A stretch of DNA of 64,000 nt from positions 1-64,000 of the forward strand of contig NW_020846508.1 of NCBI RefSeq assembly GCF_003704095.1, in the 5' to 3' direction. Each line of letters begins with the position of its first letter. The stretch's first letter is position 1. Both the position numbers and the translations under genes were made by a program. The DNA is from Pocillopora damicornis (lineage: Eukaryota). This document shows, piece after piece, positions 1-12,724 of this stretch. The notes beneath the pieces were generated by a model. The model was not told the origin of the DNA. It searched no databases and saw only the letters and a program-made list of their open reading frames with translations.

Positions 1-775
1 CTTTTAATACCGTGACTGCCGCTGATGTATTTCACGCTACGTGGCGGTTTAGTGTCAAAGTCTTTATTACCCTATGCAGGGATAAAACGGCTTCCGACAA
101 AAATGATAACCTTTTTAGATAATGCAATTCACAAACTTTTTAATGTTAATGCTCGTGACAAATTACGTCACACAGGATACCCAGCCTCATGTTATTGTTT
201 TTTGAGACCCCTGTTTACTCAAGTTACGTAACGACCGGTTTAAAAAAATCCAAAACGTCATTACGGAAGCCTGCGGTCCTAAGAGAAAACCGGATCTCGA
301 TCGGGGAGATATTTTGATTTCTTAAAGGAAATAAACTTCCTTTAATGTTTTCTGTTTTTATTTAATTCTCATGCATGCCCGGGACATTCACAGATTTAAA
401 AATCCATCACTCGCTTGAATAGCTTCGGTTTGGCCTGAGGAGTGAGACAGCAAGTCGTCAAAACAACAAAGGTTTAATCAAAGCCATTAATTGTTCAAGG
501 TATCAACTTCCAAATCTGTTTTCCCCATAAAAATCATCTACACGTCTTCTAAATATACAACGAGCCAGGAATCAAGAACTTCGACAGCTCTTGTTTCACG
601 TTTCATCCGTTGCCTTTCGTTTGTCACGTTTTGCTCATAACGTGAAAAAACGTAAACATCCGCCCATCGTAAGCTTGGGCTGCCTGTGAGGCAAGAGCGC
701 GAGCATGCAAATTTTACGCCGTCGCCGCTCGACCACAGCGGTAACAAACCTGGTGGCTAAGCGGCAATATCAGAA

Positions 776-2498
776 ATGATGGTTCGCTTTGTGGTGCTGT
801 GTTGTTTCGTAACGATACCGATTTCTGGTAGGTACGCTTGTAAAGGCGAGTTCTTCTGTTAGAGTCTGTCTGATGCCGATAGTTTGTAGATTGACTCAGG
901 AAATAATATTCTTAGCGCCTCTTGAGAGATATGGATTGGAGTGCGTAAATTACTTTTGTCGTCCAGGTTTTAGTTATAGTTGTGCTCGTAGAGAACCTGT
1001 CTGAAATTTGGAAACGTGAAGCGATCGACTATAGAAGTTGAGAATTCGGTCATTCAGATTGGTCAAGTTCGTGGAACAGTGAAAACGCTGAATGGCACAT
1101 TTCACCGGTATCACTGAAACATTTTAAAATGCGTAGCTGTTTATTATTCAGTAGAATACAATCACAGAATTCATCTGCATAACCAACCTTAGAAACACTG
1201 AATAACATGGCTAAATATTTTAATGCAGAACTATTTATTTGCAATAACGGGCTACCGCCACTACAAAAGTGTCGCTTTTACGTCGAATCATCAAAACATT
1301 TTTCTCATCGACTGTCCATTCCGCATGGACAATATTACGCTAAACAAAGCATTTTTGTAGTGTTTTGATCTGTCTCAAATTGTATACATTTACTTGCGTG
1401 TACATCGTTCAGTTTCAACCTAAATAGCGCTCCCTATAAAAATTTCATATCGCGAATGTATGTTTTAACGAGATAATATTTCCCTCAAAGACAAGTTTAT
1501 TTCGTGATGTGGTCGAACAGAAACCGCACTATTTAAAATTGCCAAATGAACAAGGCTTGAGGGCATAGCTTAAGTTCCATTTGAAAAATAAAGCACTCCA
1601 AAGACGATCTTCGATATCATTGTTAGACTAAAATTTGCATGTTCTCGTGCGTCACGCAATTTGTTCCAAATGCATCGTAGGATGAGAGAAGAGCCAGTAG
1701 ACCACATGCCTTGGCAAAGTTCAAAATATGAACATGTTATGAAACAGTTTTACATACGACTATATAAATATTCTTTAAGGAAAGCTTTTGACCATAATTA
1801 TAAATTAATCACTTTAAAAAATGTTGAAAATGTCTCAGCGGTACTGGTTGTTGAATTGTTATCATGGTGTTTTCTTGTCACGCGATAATTAAACAACATT
1901 TACCATCTTTTTTTTTGCTTTCTTTTTTAAATACTTCTTTGAAATTTGCATCAGTTCACGACACCAAAATAAAGATGATTACATTTGACAGCTAACAGAA
2001 AACTAATACGTTACCAATCGTTGGTTGATTTCTACCAATTAAATGTCATGAAAATCATATAAAGTTCTATTTAAAAAATCATTAAACACCTAAGGAAGAG
2101 CAGATGTAAGGTAGCTCAGTCAAGAATGTTAGTTTGTTAAATCCGCATAGATTTTTTTTTCTTGCTCCTCAGAGTCTTGACTTGAAAGTAAATAATTTCA
2201 ATATTTTCTGTCTTCCTTTCTGACTCGCGACTCCTCTAACGTTAAATTTGTATGATGCTGTCATTTTAGTCACGTTGTAGAAAGAAAACATCCTTCTATT
2301 TCCTTTTGAGTACTTTGCCTTCTGACTTAATTTTCTTAGAAAATATCTGGCATTTCTCCATTTGTGTTACAAAATTATTCAGCTGCTTTTAGTGTCTTTA
2401 TAAATATGATCTTATTTCTTTTTAAATGTTTATATTTGCGTCTATATAATTACAATTACAAATAATGTTTAACAATAGGCCATTTCTGAATTACCTCA

Positions 2499-2530
<32 letters not shown>

Positions 2531-3693
2531 ATATGATAATAGGTTTTCATTCACATGCAAATAAAACTCAGTCTCATACGACTGGTTGAGCACCAGGCCT
2601 CGTTTTGAAAAAGAGGCAAAAGGTATTTCAGAATGACCGACCTGCAGGTTAGCGTACTGTAGCCTTACCCCCCTCCCTTCTTCCGTTACTCCTCTGGGGG
2701 AAGGGTACGGCTAAACGTGAGCTAACTAGAGGTGAATGGTGGTGGATGCTTACAGAGCTGCAAAGCGGTCAAGGATATATCAACCACTTTCACCCACAGT
2801 AGTGAATTATTAATTACTTCCGAACCCGCCAATCAGTGTGCACGAAAAGTACTATGTGTACTTATCTCGCTTGTTATTTATTAAATATCTATATTTATTA
2901 CCTAACTCATATTAAAAGCGATAATTTTACAATCGTAGCTTACTTTCGGCCCCACCTAGCTGAGTAATAAATAGATAGTAATCGGTAGTTATTTGTAAGG
3001 CAGAAAACACCCAAATATGATGCGCCAATCTTCCAACACAATTGGGTGTCCACATATCGCAAGGAGATATATCTAGGATATTAAAGAAGCTAGCTTTGAA
3101 TTGCCGAAAAAAACAATCATGAAGATTAGGAGTTTTTTCTGTTTGTAAGAAAACCCTTGCGAGGAAACACTTTTCTTTATTAAACAAAAATGGTCAAAAC
3201 TCTGAGACCAGATCAGAGAATTCCAGAATTGAACCCGCTATTTTGATGTAAATTTTCGTAGAAAAAGTCAATTCGATTTTTAGTGTACCTTTGTGATCGG
3301 CCTCCTCGTTAGTAGAGGGTGATCTAAACTTGATTATTTTCTGTATTTTCAGTCTGGACGCGGGAATGTTTCCACTGCCTTGATAAAGCGTCAAGATGCA
3401 AACCAGGCACTAACATCTCGACGATTCTAGAATGTACTGATCCTACTAATCGATGTTTTTTGAGGAAGGTTACAGGTGAAACAAGAGAAGGGGACATGAT
3501 AGAGCGAGGCTGTACCAATGAAGACGGCTGTGATATAATGATGAAAGCATGCGAAAACTCTGGTGATTGTAAAACTACATGCTGCCATCAAGACCTGTGC
3601 AACAGTGCCGTTACCAATGGCATTACGTCGAACACGTGCACATTCTTAGTTCTGTTGGTTATAATACTCATATTGAGGTGGGAGGTTTCTTGA
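776..3693 (+). CDS. Three-finger (Ly6/uPAR, LU-domain) protein 1, secreted and probably GPI-anchored, 130 aa, 2 exons
   Basis: Exon 1 776-827 encodes signal peptide MMVRFVVLCCFVTIPIS, then a phase-1 GTAGGT donor. Exon 2 3353-3693 follows ttttcag and reads in phase: VWTRECFHCLDKASRC...ERGCTNEDGCDIMMKACENSGDCKTTCCHQDLCNSA, then a hydrophobic tail FLVLLVIILIL. CxxC start and CC-x4-CN end are LU-fold hallmarks. Confidence 0.88.
2476..2640. mobile_element. Short palindromic MITE-like repeat in LU gene 1 intron
   Basis: Imperfect terminal inverted ends and a strong internal inverted pair (ttttcaaagcgagtcctggtgctca / tgagcaccaggcctcgttttgaaaa). Confidence 0.55.
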
Positions 3694-4067
3694 ATATATA
3701 CTTCAGAAAAACAAGGATCGGAGGGCATCAATTAATTTCACGCTCGTCCGAGTTTTCTTTCCCACCTCATGTTTGTTTACAAGTCTTCAAGCTCTCCTGG
3801 AAGAAATTCCATGATTTTCTAGGATTCCGTCTGCGTAACTGTGTGTGTTATATCACTTCAGTTCATTATTTTTTCCCAGACTTTCTCTACCGCTGAATTG
3901 GTGCGGACTGGATACTAACATCGAGAAAAGTCTAATTTTGTTTATATCCCGTACGAGCGCTAGTGCATCTTTGTTAAAAATGCGGATGTAAATAAGCAGA
4001 CACGACGCGTCAACGAAAAACTAATATTCCAAATTTTTTGACAGCGAGTCCACAACTCAAACTTGCA

Positions 4068-4190
4068 ATAATTAACAACTACTCACCGGACTGGGGGTGG
4101 CTAGTGGTGGATATTCACCGAACCACGAAGCGTCGAGGCAAATACCCTCCGCTGGCCACCGACACTGAGGTGAATAGCTATTTTACTATC
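4068..4190. repeat. Dispersed quasi-palindromic repeat; a related copy lies at ~2728-2820
   Basis: Both copies share ggtggtggat...gaagcg...gagg...ccac...cacc.ac..gtgaat. Confidence 0.5.
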
Positions 4191-5769
4191 TTTGAAACAG
4201 TGAGAGAATATAACACTAAAAGATCATTTTAATCAATTTATTCCTGCAACGACTACAGTATTTTCGTGCGCGTTGCCCGGGGGTAAATTTTACATGATAT
4301 ACTGATTTATGATAACATGACACCGACCCTCAGAATTAAATTTATGACCCAACTTTTCAGCTCGAGAATTTTTTAGAGATCAGTAGATACAAGGAGAAAT
4401 AATTTACGTAAACTTAAGTTCCATAACTGTTCTTCGGGCTTATCTAATTTATTTATCCTTACTTTGCAATTTGAATAAAAGAATTTGAACGAACGAGCTC
4501 CATCTTAAACTTGTCAAGCAGTGAGTTGACAACGAAACACTTCCTACAGCTTTTGAGGCCCTCCCAAAAGAACCATATCTTTTGCAAAACTGCGAAACAC
4601 ATTGGGGGCACTTTACAACACTCCTCAAGAGTCGTGCATGTAAATGTTAAATGACTTTGTAGGAATTATAAGCTTGGAAAGTTATTACGTCTGTTACATA
4701 TTGTAATACCGAAAAGGTGTTTTCATTATCCAGCTGTACTAAGCAGAGTACGAATAACGAGCTGACCGTGTACAAATATGACACGATATTGTACAGTTGG
4801 TTATTTTGTACCGTAAAAACCGGTCGGCTGTGCTTGCTACTCTCTCTAATTGCTCCGCTTTTCCAGCCTTATAAGAGATGCGCATGAAATAGAGCACTTG
4901 AAAAATAAATGACGTATTAGACATTTGAGTGTGAAGTATTGCTGAGTATTATCAGCCGTTGTTTGTATTTCAACAAAAATCCGTAAAAATACTTAGCGAT
5001 GCTACACACCAAAACATCAAATAAAATATACTTCATCAGTTAACTATAAAAAAAAAATGCGTTTCTAAATTAACGTTAGATCGAGTGACTTGTTAAAATT
5101 TGATCGGTTCTTTCCTTTACAGGGCGCTTTTTTAGACACTGGAATTGAGGACGACCGTGCACATTAAACGCGCTTAAATCTCACTTGCATGACTCAAACG
5201 CTTTCTATGCCTCGAAAACTTGGACTTTAGCTATAGCTCCATTTTTTGGAGCATATTGTGTGTGTCCTGGTCTTCTAAGCCAATGGGAACATGTGTTCCT
5301 CAAGACAATCACAAACAGACAGAAAAAAATAAAAGCAAACACTAAGCGTGAAACAACTCAGGTTGAGGGAAAAACCGCTGTGGATTATAGACTGGGTATT
5401 TTTATGAGGGGGACAGAAAAACCGAAACTCCAACCTCAGAAAAAAACTAAAGCCAAAACGTATGAGGCCTGCTCCTGACACCGGCTCCTGTGATAACACT
5501 ATGCCAGTTTCTAACAGGAAGACTTTTACCCGTTCTTCCATGCAGGGTTCAAATTTTTTTAAACTATGTGAAGCCGGACGACCGCTGTGAAATTATTCAG
5601 GAATTGTAAAAGTCGGTGACTGCACCTGTTTGCGGAGAATACGCGTTAATTAAATCACGCTGAGAAGTTTTGGAAAAAATAATCTGAGAGGAAACGTAGC
5701 TCTTCGTACAACTGGTTTAACATCATCGACGACAGCTAAATGTTAAGAGGGTCTCACGAAAAGAAATTG

Positions 5770-7709
5770 ATGGCAAATATGCTTGCATCGTTATGCGTCG
5801 TGCTTTTATCCATCAAAGGTAAGTAGGTTGTGCTGAAGTATAAACGACATAACTGCTGAAGATAAGTCGAGTTAAGTTTCAAGATTGTTATGGTGAAAGA
5901 ATTGTACGTTTGACGTAATTTCAAGATTGCTCAGACTTAAATTAATTTCCGCATTTCTATGGAGGCATTTTAGAACTGGTCGATGTAAAAACAGGTTTAA
6001 AATGACATGATCCCTTAAGATAAGATTTGCTAGACACTGACGCATATCAAACACTAGACGAATTCACGATTATTTCAAATTGTTGAACATCATTTTAGTC
6101 CTAGCTGTTTTCAATTAGTAAAGCAAACTATTTGGAATTGGAACTGATAAAAAAATTAGAATTTGAAAATAACGCATGAATAAAAATTCTGCCAATGTTT
6201 TTGTTATCCATTGTTTTGTTTCTTTTCTTTTGCAAAGAATCATTTTTCTCAATGATTTACTCATTTAAAGTCTTAAAACAGCCGCGGTTTAATTTGGGAT
6301 GAAGTAACTCTGTGTTCTATTTAAGGAACATTTTCCTGGCTACACTGAGCTTAACTTCATGGGTTCTCACCTTACATTTAGGTGAACCGAATTCCCAAGG
6401 CCATCTCCGCTTTTCGAAAAGAGGAGACCCTGGGAACGAGACTGTGTGTTTGGTCACTGTATAGCTCACTGTCTTAGTTTTTGCTTTTTTGCTTGTTACT
6501 CTGGGCTGAGGGGGTTGTAATGAGGATAACTCTAGTCCCAGGTTAATTGCATATAAATGCCTTATGACAGAATATGAAAGTACTCTCGATTAACCCTCAT
6601 CATGCTTAAAACAACTCGGCTCTGCATGTTTACTCAGCGGACGTTGGTTAGAGCTGAATGCCAACGTTCTTTGTTAAGGTGTGAGACAAAATCGTCGAGC
6701 AATCAAAAATGCGATACACATTAGGTTACCGCCCTGTTTACTCATTTTGATTCCATCGCAATTCACCCATCAGTAATTTTTTCCTTATCTTTCTCTAAAT
6801 CTTCATTTAAACTATTTCCCTTAGCGCCATTGATGTTTTATTGTAGAACTGTCATGTATCAGATGTTTTACATGCGATGAAGGCGGTGACTGTCGAAAAC
6901 AAATGGGAGAAGAGAAATGCCCTGTGGAACCACTACTGAAGGACAGGTGCATTGAGATAATGAATAATGAGAATGGACAGGTATTTGAGAGGAGTTACTT
7001 TGAATTAAAAGCAATGTTATCATTAATATCATATTAAGGAGTGTTTGTTTAATTCTAGAGTTTGTCTGCCAAGTCATAAGAATTCGAATCCATTTGGCAA
7101 TGCTTGATTCAAAGTAAATACAAAACATCATATGCTATCGTAACTATTTTTGATCAAATGAAGAATTACTGCCCTAGCGATAAAGGAAACAAAATCCTCC
7201 CTTCTCCCATTTTGCGCGTTAATCAGGAGTGAAAGCATGCGCATGATGCGAGATAAGAAATTATTCTGGCAGGTGAGCGGCAATCTATCAAATTTCTTTA
7301 AGTGCAGGTCATAAGCGAGGATCATTTATTTCCTTGTACACAATCCGCAAGTCAAAAAATTATTTATTTCATTCAATTGTGGTGCGCAAAATGACCAAAG
7401 TTTTGGTACATTGGATCTAGAACTCCATTTGAATATGATCTAATTGCCTGAAAGGAATATGATCGATGTCGCAATTCATTCCAGGTCGCCAAAGGATGCG
7501 CCAACATCAGAATGTGTCAGAAAGCAGAGAAAAATTGCAAAGAGGCCAAAGAAAGAAGGACTGGGGATTGTGACGTCACTTGTTGTACAGCTGACCTGTG
7601 TAATGCCGGCTCAAAAGGGTCCTCATCTCATTGGCTTCACGCGCTCTGCTTTCTCTTCTGTGTGTTGTTCTTAAACCTCCTCAAAACTGATATGATAAGC
7701 AACGAATAG
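5770..7709 (+). CDS. Three-finger (LU-domain) protein 2, probably GPI-anchored, 135 aa, 3 exons
   Basis: Exons 5770-5818 (MANMLASLCVVLLSIK, GTAAGT, phase 1), 6847-6980 (ELSCIRCFTCDEGGDC...KCP...DRCIEIMNNENGQ, GTATTT, phase 0) and 7485-7709 (VAKGCANIRMC...DCDVTCCTADLCNAGS plus hydrophobic tail). Phases are consistent. AATAAA near 7770. Confidence 0.87.
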
Positions 7710-8473
7710 AAAATCAACGATCAGAATAACTTATAAACAAGACAATGTTCTCCCTAGTATTAAGGAAACAATAAATTAAATAGTAAAAGAAGATGTACCC
7801 ATAAGAAGATTGCCCCATAATTGAAATTTATTAATGGCTGCAAATTTGCTAAAATTGCTTTTTAAGAAAAGCGCGTTCAGCAGTTTCTCGAACTTCACAA
7901 GCCTGGCACAATCATGTATATTCAATAACTAAGAAACATCTCGACTGCTTATGACATGTTACGGTCAACAACATTTGACCTTCAGTTATAGATAGGTTTC
8001 TTTCCAGAAGACATCCTTTGTTTTAACAGAAGAACTGACGTTTCCGCGCCAGGCATCCAAGCCATTGTAAGTCCCTGAAACTAGAAATGAGCTAAGTCTG
8101 ATCGTTTTTCTAGTTACGTATTCATAGATCTATAGCTTATGTCCACTCGAACACTTGTGATTTCTCCAGTTCGCTTAGGGATTCTTTCTCTGAGGCACCT
8201 TTGTCTTTCTCTTTGATTTGCAATAGGCAAAAGCTTTGTCTGGAGACTAACCATTTTCAAAACTGTAAAACCTTTGTCTGACCAAGAGTCATTTGTTATC
8301 GAATCTCTGACTTTTATTCGATGGCGCTCCCTTGCAAGTAAACGGAGAATTACCGACTACGAGAGACGATGACTTCCTTTAGTGAGCAAGCGCAATCTGT
8401 CTCGTGAAATTTACTCTCAAAAGTCGCACAAACAATATTTGTGCTCTTGTGAATAAATATAATCGACGTGCAC

Positions 8474-9295
8474 CTAGGAATGGCCATTTCCTATTTCAGA
8501 TTCTCTTAACAAGGGAAAGTTGATCAAGGACACAGCAGCAAATGATAGAACAATGATCCCTTGAAGATAGCCCCTCAGAATTTTGCCTGCGTTGCATAAG
8601 TTTCCATGACAACACTGATGTAAGCAGTTAAGATGGCCGTCGCAGTAGAGGTCAGGGTTGGCACAGTCACTGTCTGAAGAGCAATCCTTTGTAAACGTCT
8701 TTGTCACTATCTCAGATTTGTTCGAATTTTCTCCCCAGCTGTGAGTTTCTTCCTTAGTTATGGCATTGCAATGTTCAAACTTATAAGGACATATCCTCTT
8801 GATGATGTTTTTGTTACAATGTGCCCAAGATGTATTACTTCGACATGAAAAGCACGTTGACCCTGTAATTTAACAATACGAGGTTGGGTCTCTTTAAAAA
8901 AAAAAGAGGCTTTCAATTTTTACCTAACGAACTACGTATTTGTTTAAAGTTAGTACCTTTTACATGGCCATAAAGATGTGGTTGTACTGAAGGCTGAGTA
9001 GCTAGACATACCAAATAAACGCACACTTAGCTTTTATAGACATCGTTATTTATTCAGACACGTCACTTTAGAAACTCTTTTATCAAGAATGTACAACATC
9101 TACCTGTCACGAACCTCTTGTTGCTAGGATAGGAAGCAACTGCCATGGTGATCACTGTAACACACGAATTGAGGAGGCAAGTTTCTAAAGAAACTGTTGT
9201 GCTACGTCGGTGGGGGAGTGTAACAAGATAATTTGCTTTTATCAACTGAGTTGATGATGCAAATTGGCCACCATAAAGAGTTTCTAAACTGATGT

Positions 9296-9326
<31 letters not shown>

Positions 9327-11798
9327 GTGATAAAAATATGGCTTACACACATAAGTATGTGTTATGTTTATTGTGACCGATTGTAAACAATTTTCAATCA
9401 TTTTGATATTCTATTCTGTTATTTGTCAAAAGAAAAAGAAACCATCAGTATATTGCGAAGGTTAAACTGACCTGCGCAATAACCCCAGCCCGATCTGCTC
9501 AGATTCCTGTCAAATTCATTCTCTGTTGCACACCAGTATTCACCATTTGGATCATTATCAGTGGCTGCGCAGCTGATGTAGTCTTTACCAAGATATTTAA
9601 ACGGGAATTTGCAACATTCTCCATCTGTAGTCTTCACAAGACACTGCGATTTCCTCACTGCGTGAAGAGAAGACAAGTGAGGTCAATAAAACTTACTCCT
9701 CTGAGAATACCTTCTTGAGATCTAGGTCAACTGGATCGATGAGATTTAAAGGAAGCTTACATTTGCAGTAGCCCCAACTGGTAGTTTCGTTACTGCGATG
9801 TCTAACGTCTTCAGTGGCGCACCAAAAGCGGCCCTCGGCGTCCCCATTATTCGTGCATTTCTTGTATTTTACTCCTTTGTAGCGGAATGGAAATCGACAG
9901 CAGTGATAATCAACCGTTCTCTGGATACAGGCCGTATTTCTCTCTGTGACAACACTTTCTGAAACGAGTACAAAAGAATAAAATGAATATGCACCTTGGG
10001 AAAAAAGACAAAACTGCGCAGTCAGATGCACAGTATGCCCGGTAAAACTGCTCTCGGCCTAAGTCAGGGACGGTTTTGAGTGAAAGGAGATGTATAATAT
10101 TCAGCAGCGGAGGAAGGAAAGATGCCAATGTTGCGGAATTCACTCAAGATACAGTGAAGCAGTGCTTCCCTCCTTTATGAGGGACCTTAGGCAGTCAGGA
10201 CGGCAACGTCAAAAAAGACGTCGATTAAAAAATAAATTCGTATTTTAAGTTAGAATTTCGCGAATGGCTGAATGTCTTCACCATCTCTTACGGCGCCAAA
10301 CCTCAACTTTTACATAACGGATGTGAGCAGCGTTTGGTTCCCAAAGGAGACTTAAATAATTTGCCGTCGGGGTTTCCGCTCTAAGACCGCGCAAAATTCG
10401 GGGGGTTTCTTGATCCCATGTTGTTGTTTTGCACCGAGAGTAAGAATGTAGAAAGTTTTGAAAACTCACGTGCTGAGCTCAAGTTGTTCTGCCCATTAAT
10501 AGGTTTTTTGTTTTTGCCACGTCCTCGTTGCCGTCGCTGTCGTGGTTTGCTATTAAAAGACCCCTTTTATCCGCGATATGCTTAGATGTAGGCTTTTCCT
10601 TGATTCGAACGGCGTGATTGCAAGGCACATAGAGACATTTTGCCGAAACTTTTTGAAAAGAGTTCACTTTCGTTCTAGAGTCTATTTTCTTACCAGATTT
10701 TTACTGAACTATTAATGGAGCTAAACATGTTCTTGGCTTGTTTCGAGCACAACAGGGAGTTTTAATATATTCAAATATGACACAAGACATTTCACCGCAA
10801 TCTTTGCGTGACCATCGTAACCGACATGACCTATACATATCTACACGTGAGGATCAATGTATCGAAATTAAGACATAGCATAACCCACAAACTGACGAGT
10901 TTACTTGCAGTTCTGATATCACTTACTATCACATTATGCTGGAATATTGCGGCATCCGATATTTCTCAAACTGAAGCAATTGGAAATCGACTTTCCACTG
11001 AAGCCATCAAAATATATAAATAGACAAGAAAACGATTTTAACTAGCTTTCGCAAATATCGACACCTGCTGTTTTATGAATATTTAATCTGACGGGCAACC
11101 TACCGTTTTAAAGTTTAACTTTGATAAAAGGGATCTAATTCGCACCCCGTCGGGTCTTTCATTGAGATTAATCCCCTGAAACAAGAAAGCCCATCTTTTC
11201 CTGATTTCTTTCCGTACCACTTCATTGACCCAAAGTTAATAAGCAACTCCACAAACACATTCACATGGCTTATTCACTCTTGAGCAATTCCTAAATTTCT
11301 GAATTAAACATGACCATGCCATGGTGAATTAGTTTTTCCTGTTAAATTTGACGTCTTTTAGCTTTATTTCAGGTAAATCGATCAGCAAGACTCTCTCTAA
11401 ACTATGAATGAGTCAGGATATATTACAACCACGGTATCTCCATTTCAAACAGTTCCTACGTATGTTATAAACAAGCCGCATCTTTAGCATGCAAGCTCTT
11501 GGCAATTAACCCTTCGGCGTGTTATTCCCCCATCAGAAGTTAACTATATTTGTCCTTCTGTGTAAGAACTGGTCTCAATTCATCGAAGTTAAAAGTTTGA
11601 ACAACTTCCGTCGAAACTGCTTTCTACGAAACGTGTTGAAATAAATCGCAGCTAATGGATGACGAAAGAACTAAAAATTTGGCGTTCAGTCAAGAAAAAC
11701 ATATTTTTCTTCGATAGCTTGCAGAAGTATTCTTCCTTACCTGTGAAAACATAAGTCAGTACTGCGACAAACAAACGCGTTGCTCTCGCTTTCATCAT
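8474..11798 (-). CDS. Signal peptide-FN2-FN2-LU(three-finger)-GPI protein, 276 aa, 4 exons
   Basis: Exons 11798-11741 (MMKARATRLFVAVLTYVFT, GTAAGG), 9958-9761 (FN2: CCRFPFRYKGVKYKKCT...FWCATE...WGYC), 9657-9472 (FN2: CCKFPFKYLGKDYISC...YWCATE...WGYC) and 8862-8474 (LU: TCFSCRSNTSWAHC...CCHGNLCNAG plus hydrophobic tail). All three introns are GT-AG and phase 1, giving one continuous 831-nt frame. Confidence 0.88.
9178..9326. repeat. Dispersed repeat family (copies at ~46705-46925 and a fragment at 58952-58985)
   Basis: Shared gaaactgt(t/g)gtgct(a/g)cgt..gtgg..gagt.taacaaga.aattt...tatcaactgag.tgat...tg(a/t)cgttt.g..cgttagccctt. The 46.7-46.9 kb copy contains an internal inverted repeat. Confidence 0.65.
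10180..10565. mobile_element. MITE-like element in intron 1 of the FN2-FN2-LU gene
   Basis: Imperfect TIRs agggaccttaggcag..gacggcaacg / cgttgccgtc...tttgct..aagacccc; no ORF of note. Confidence 0.5.
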
Positions 11799-12724
11799 AA
11801 GCTATCTCCACGGTGAATCGTCAATGGCCATCTGGCAGTGTCGAGGTTATCGTGGCTCAAAGATGCATTTTTGTCGCCTTGAATGTGATTGGTCATTAAT
11901 GTTTCAACTCACTCAAGCATGCTAATCATCGACAGTCGATAGTTATCAATAACTCAGAACTCTTATAACTAAGCTGATGTTATTTCAGACCAACATGAAA
12001 TAGTTGATCACGGAATCAAAATTAGAAAGGTTATCACTGCGACACAGGCCATTAGATTAGTCATGGCTGAATGCCTTCAGCTTTGTTTAAAAAAACGTTT
12101 TGAGTGCATTTAGGGGTAATATTGCCCACGGCACATAATAATGACGATGAGCTTTACATTTATCCCTAAAAATTGTCTCCTTCAATTTCCTAATTCCTTT
12201 TTCATTTATTTTGAAATTCCAATCATGTTTTCTGAAGTTTAAAATTGACAGAACAGCCAAGGATTTATTTCCCTTTTTTAATAATTTTTAATTTAACAAT
12301 TCTGGTAGTGCCGCGATTGTACCCTCTACTCGAAGTCAAAACATGAAAGGAAAAGTTTACTCATTCTTAAAATAGTGAGAAACTTAACTTTTATTGATAC
12401 TCGGCTAAAAGAGTTAAAAGTGAAGAAAGCTCCAAAGGGATAAATCAAACAAACAAACAAACAGACAAGAAACAAGCGATTCCAAACAAATCAAAAACAA
12501 CGTAAAAAGAATCAAAAATCGCCTTTTGTATTCAGTCAGTGTTTTCTGGTCGGCGAAAGTTCATCAAGCGTTCTCATAATGATTTTACTGCTGCTTAATG
12601 AGGACATTATTTGACAAAGATAGATTCCTTGTAAGAGGGCGTTTAAAAATTAATTTGCACCAGCTAGCACAGGCCATTCAATTTTCCGAAACATTTGCCA
12701 TTTAAAAACAGCCGAACATCGAGG

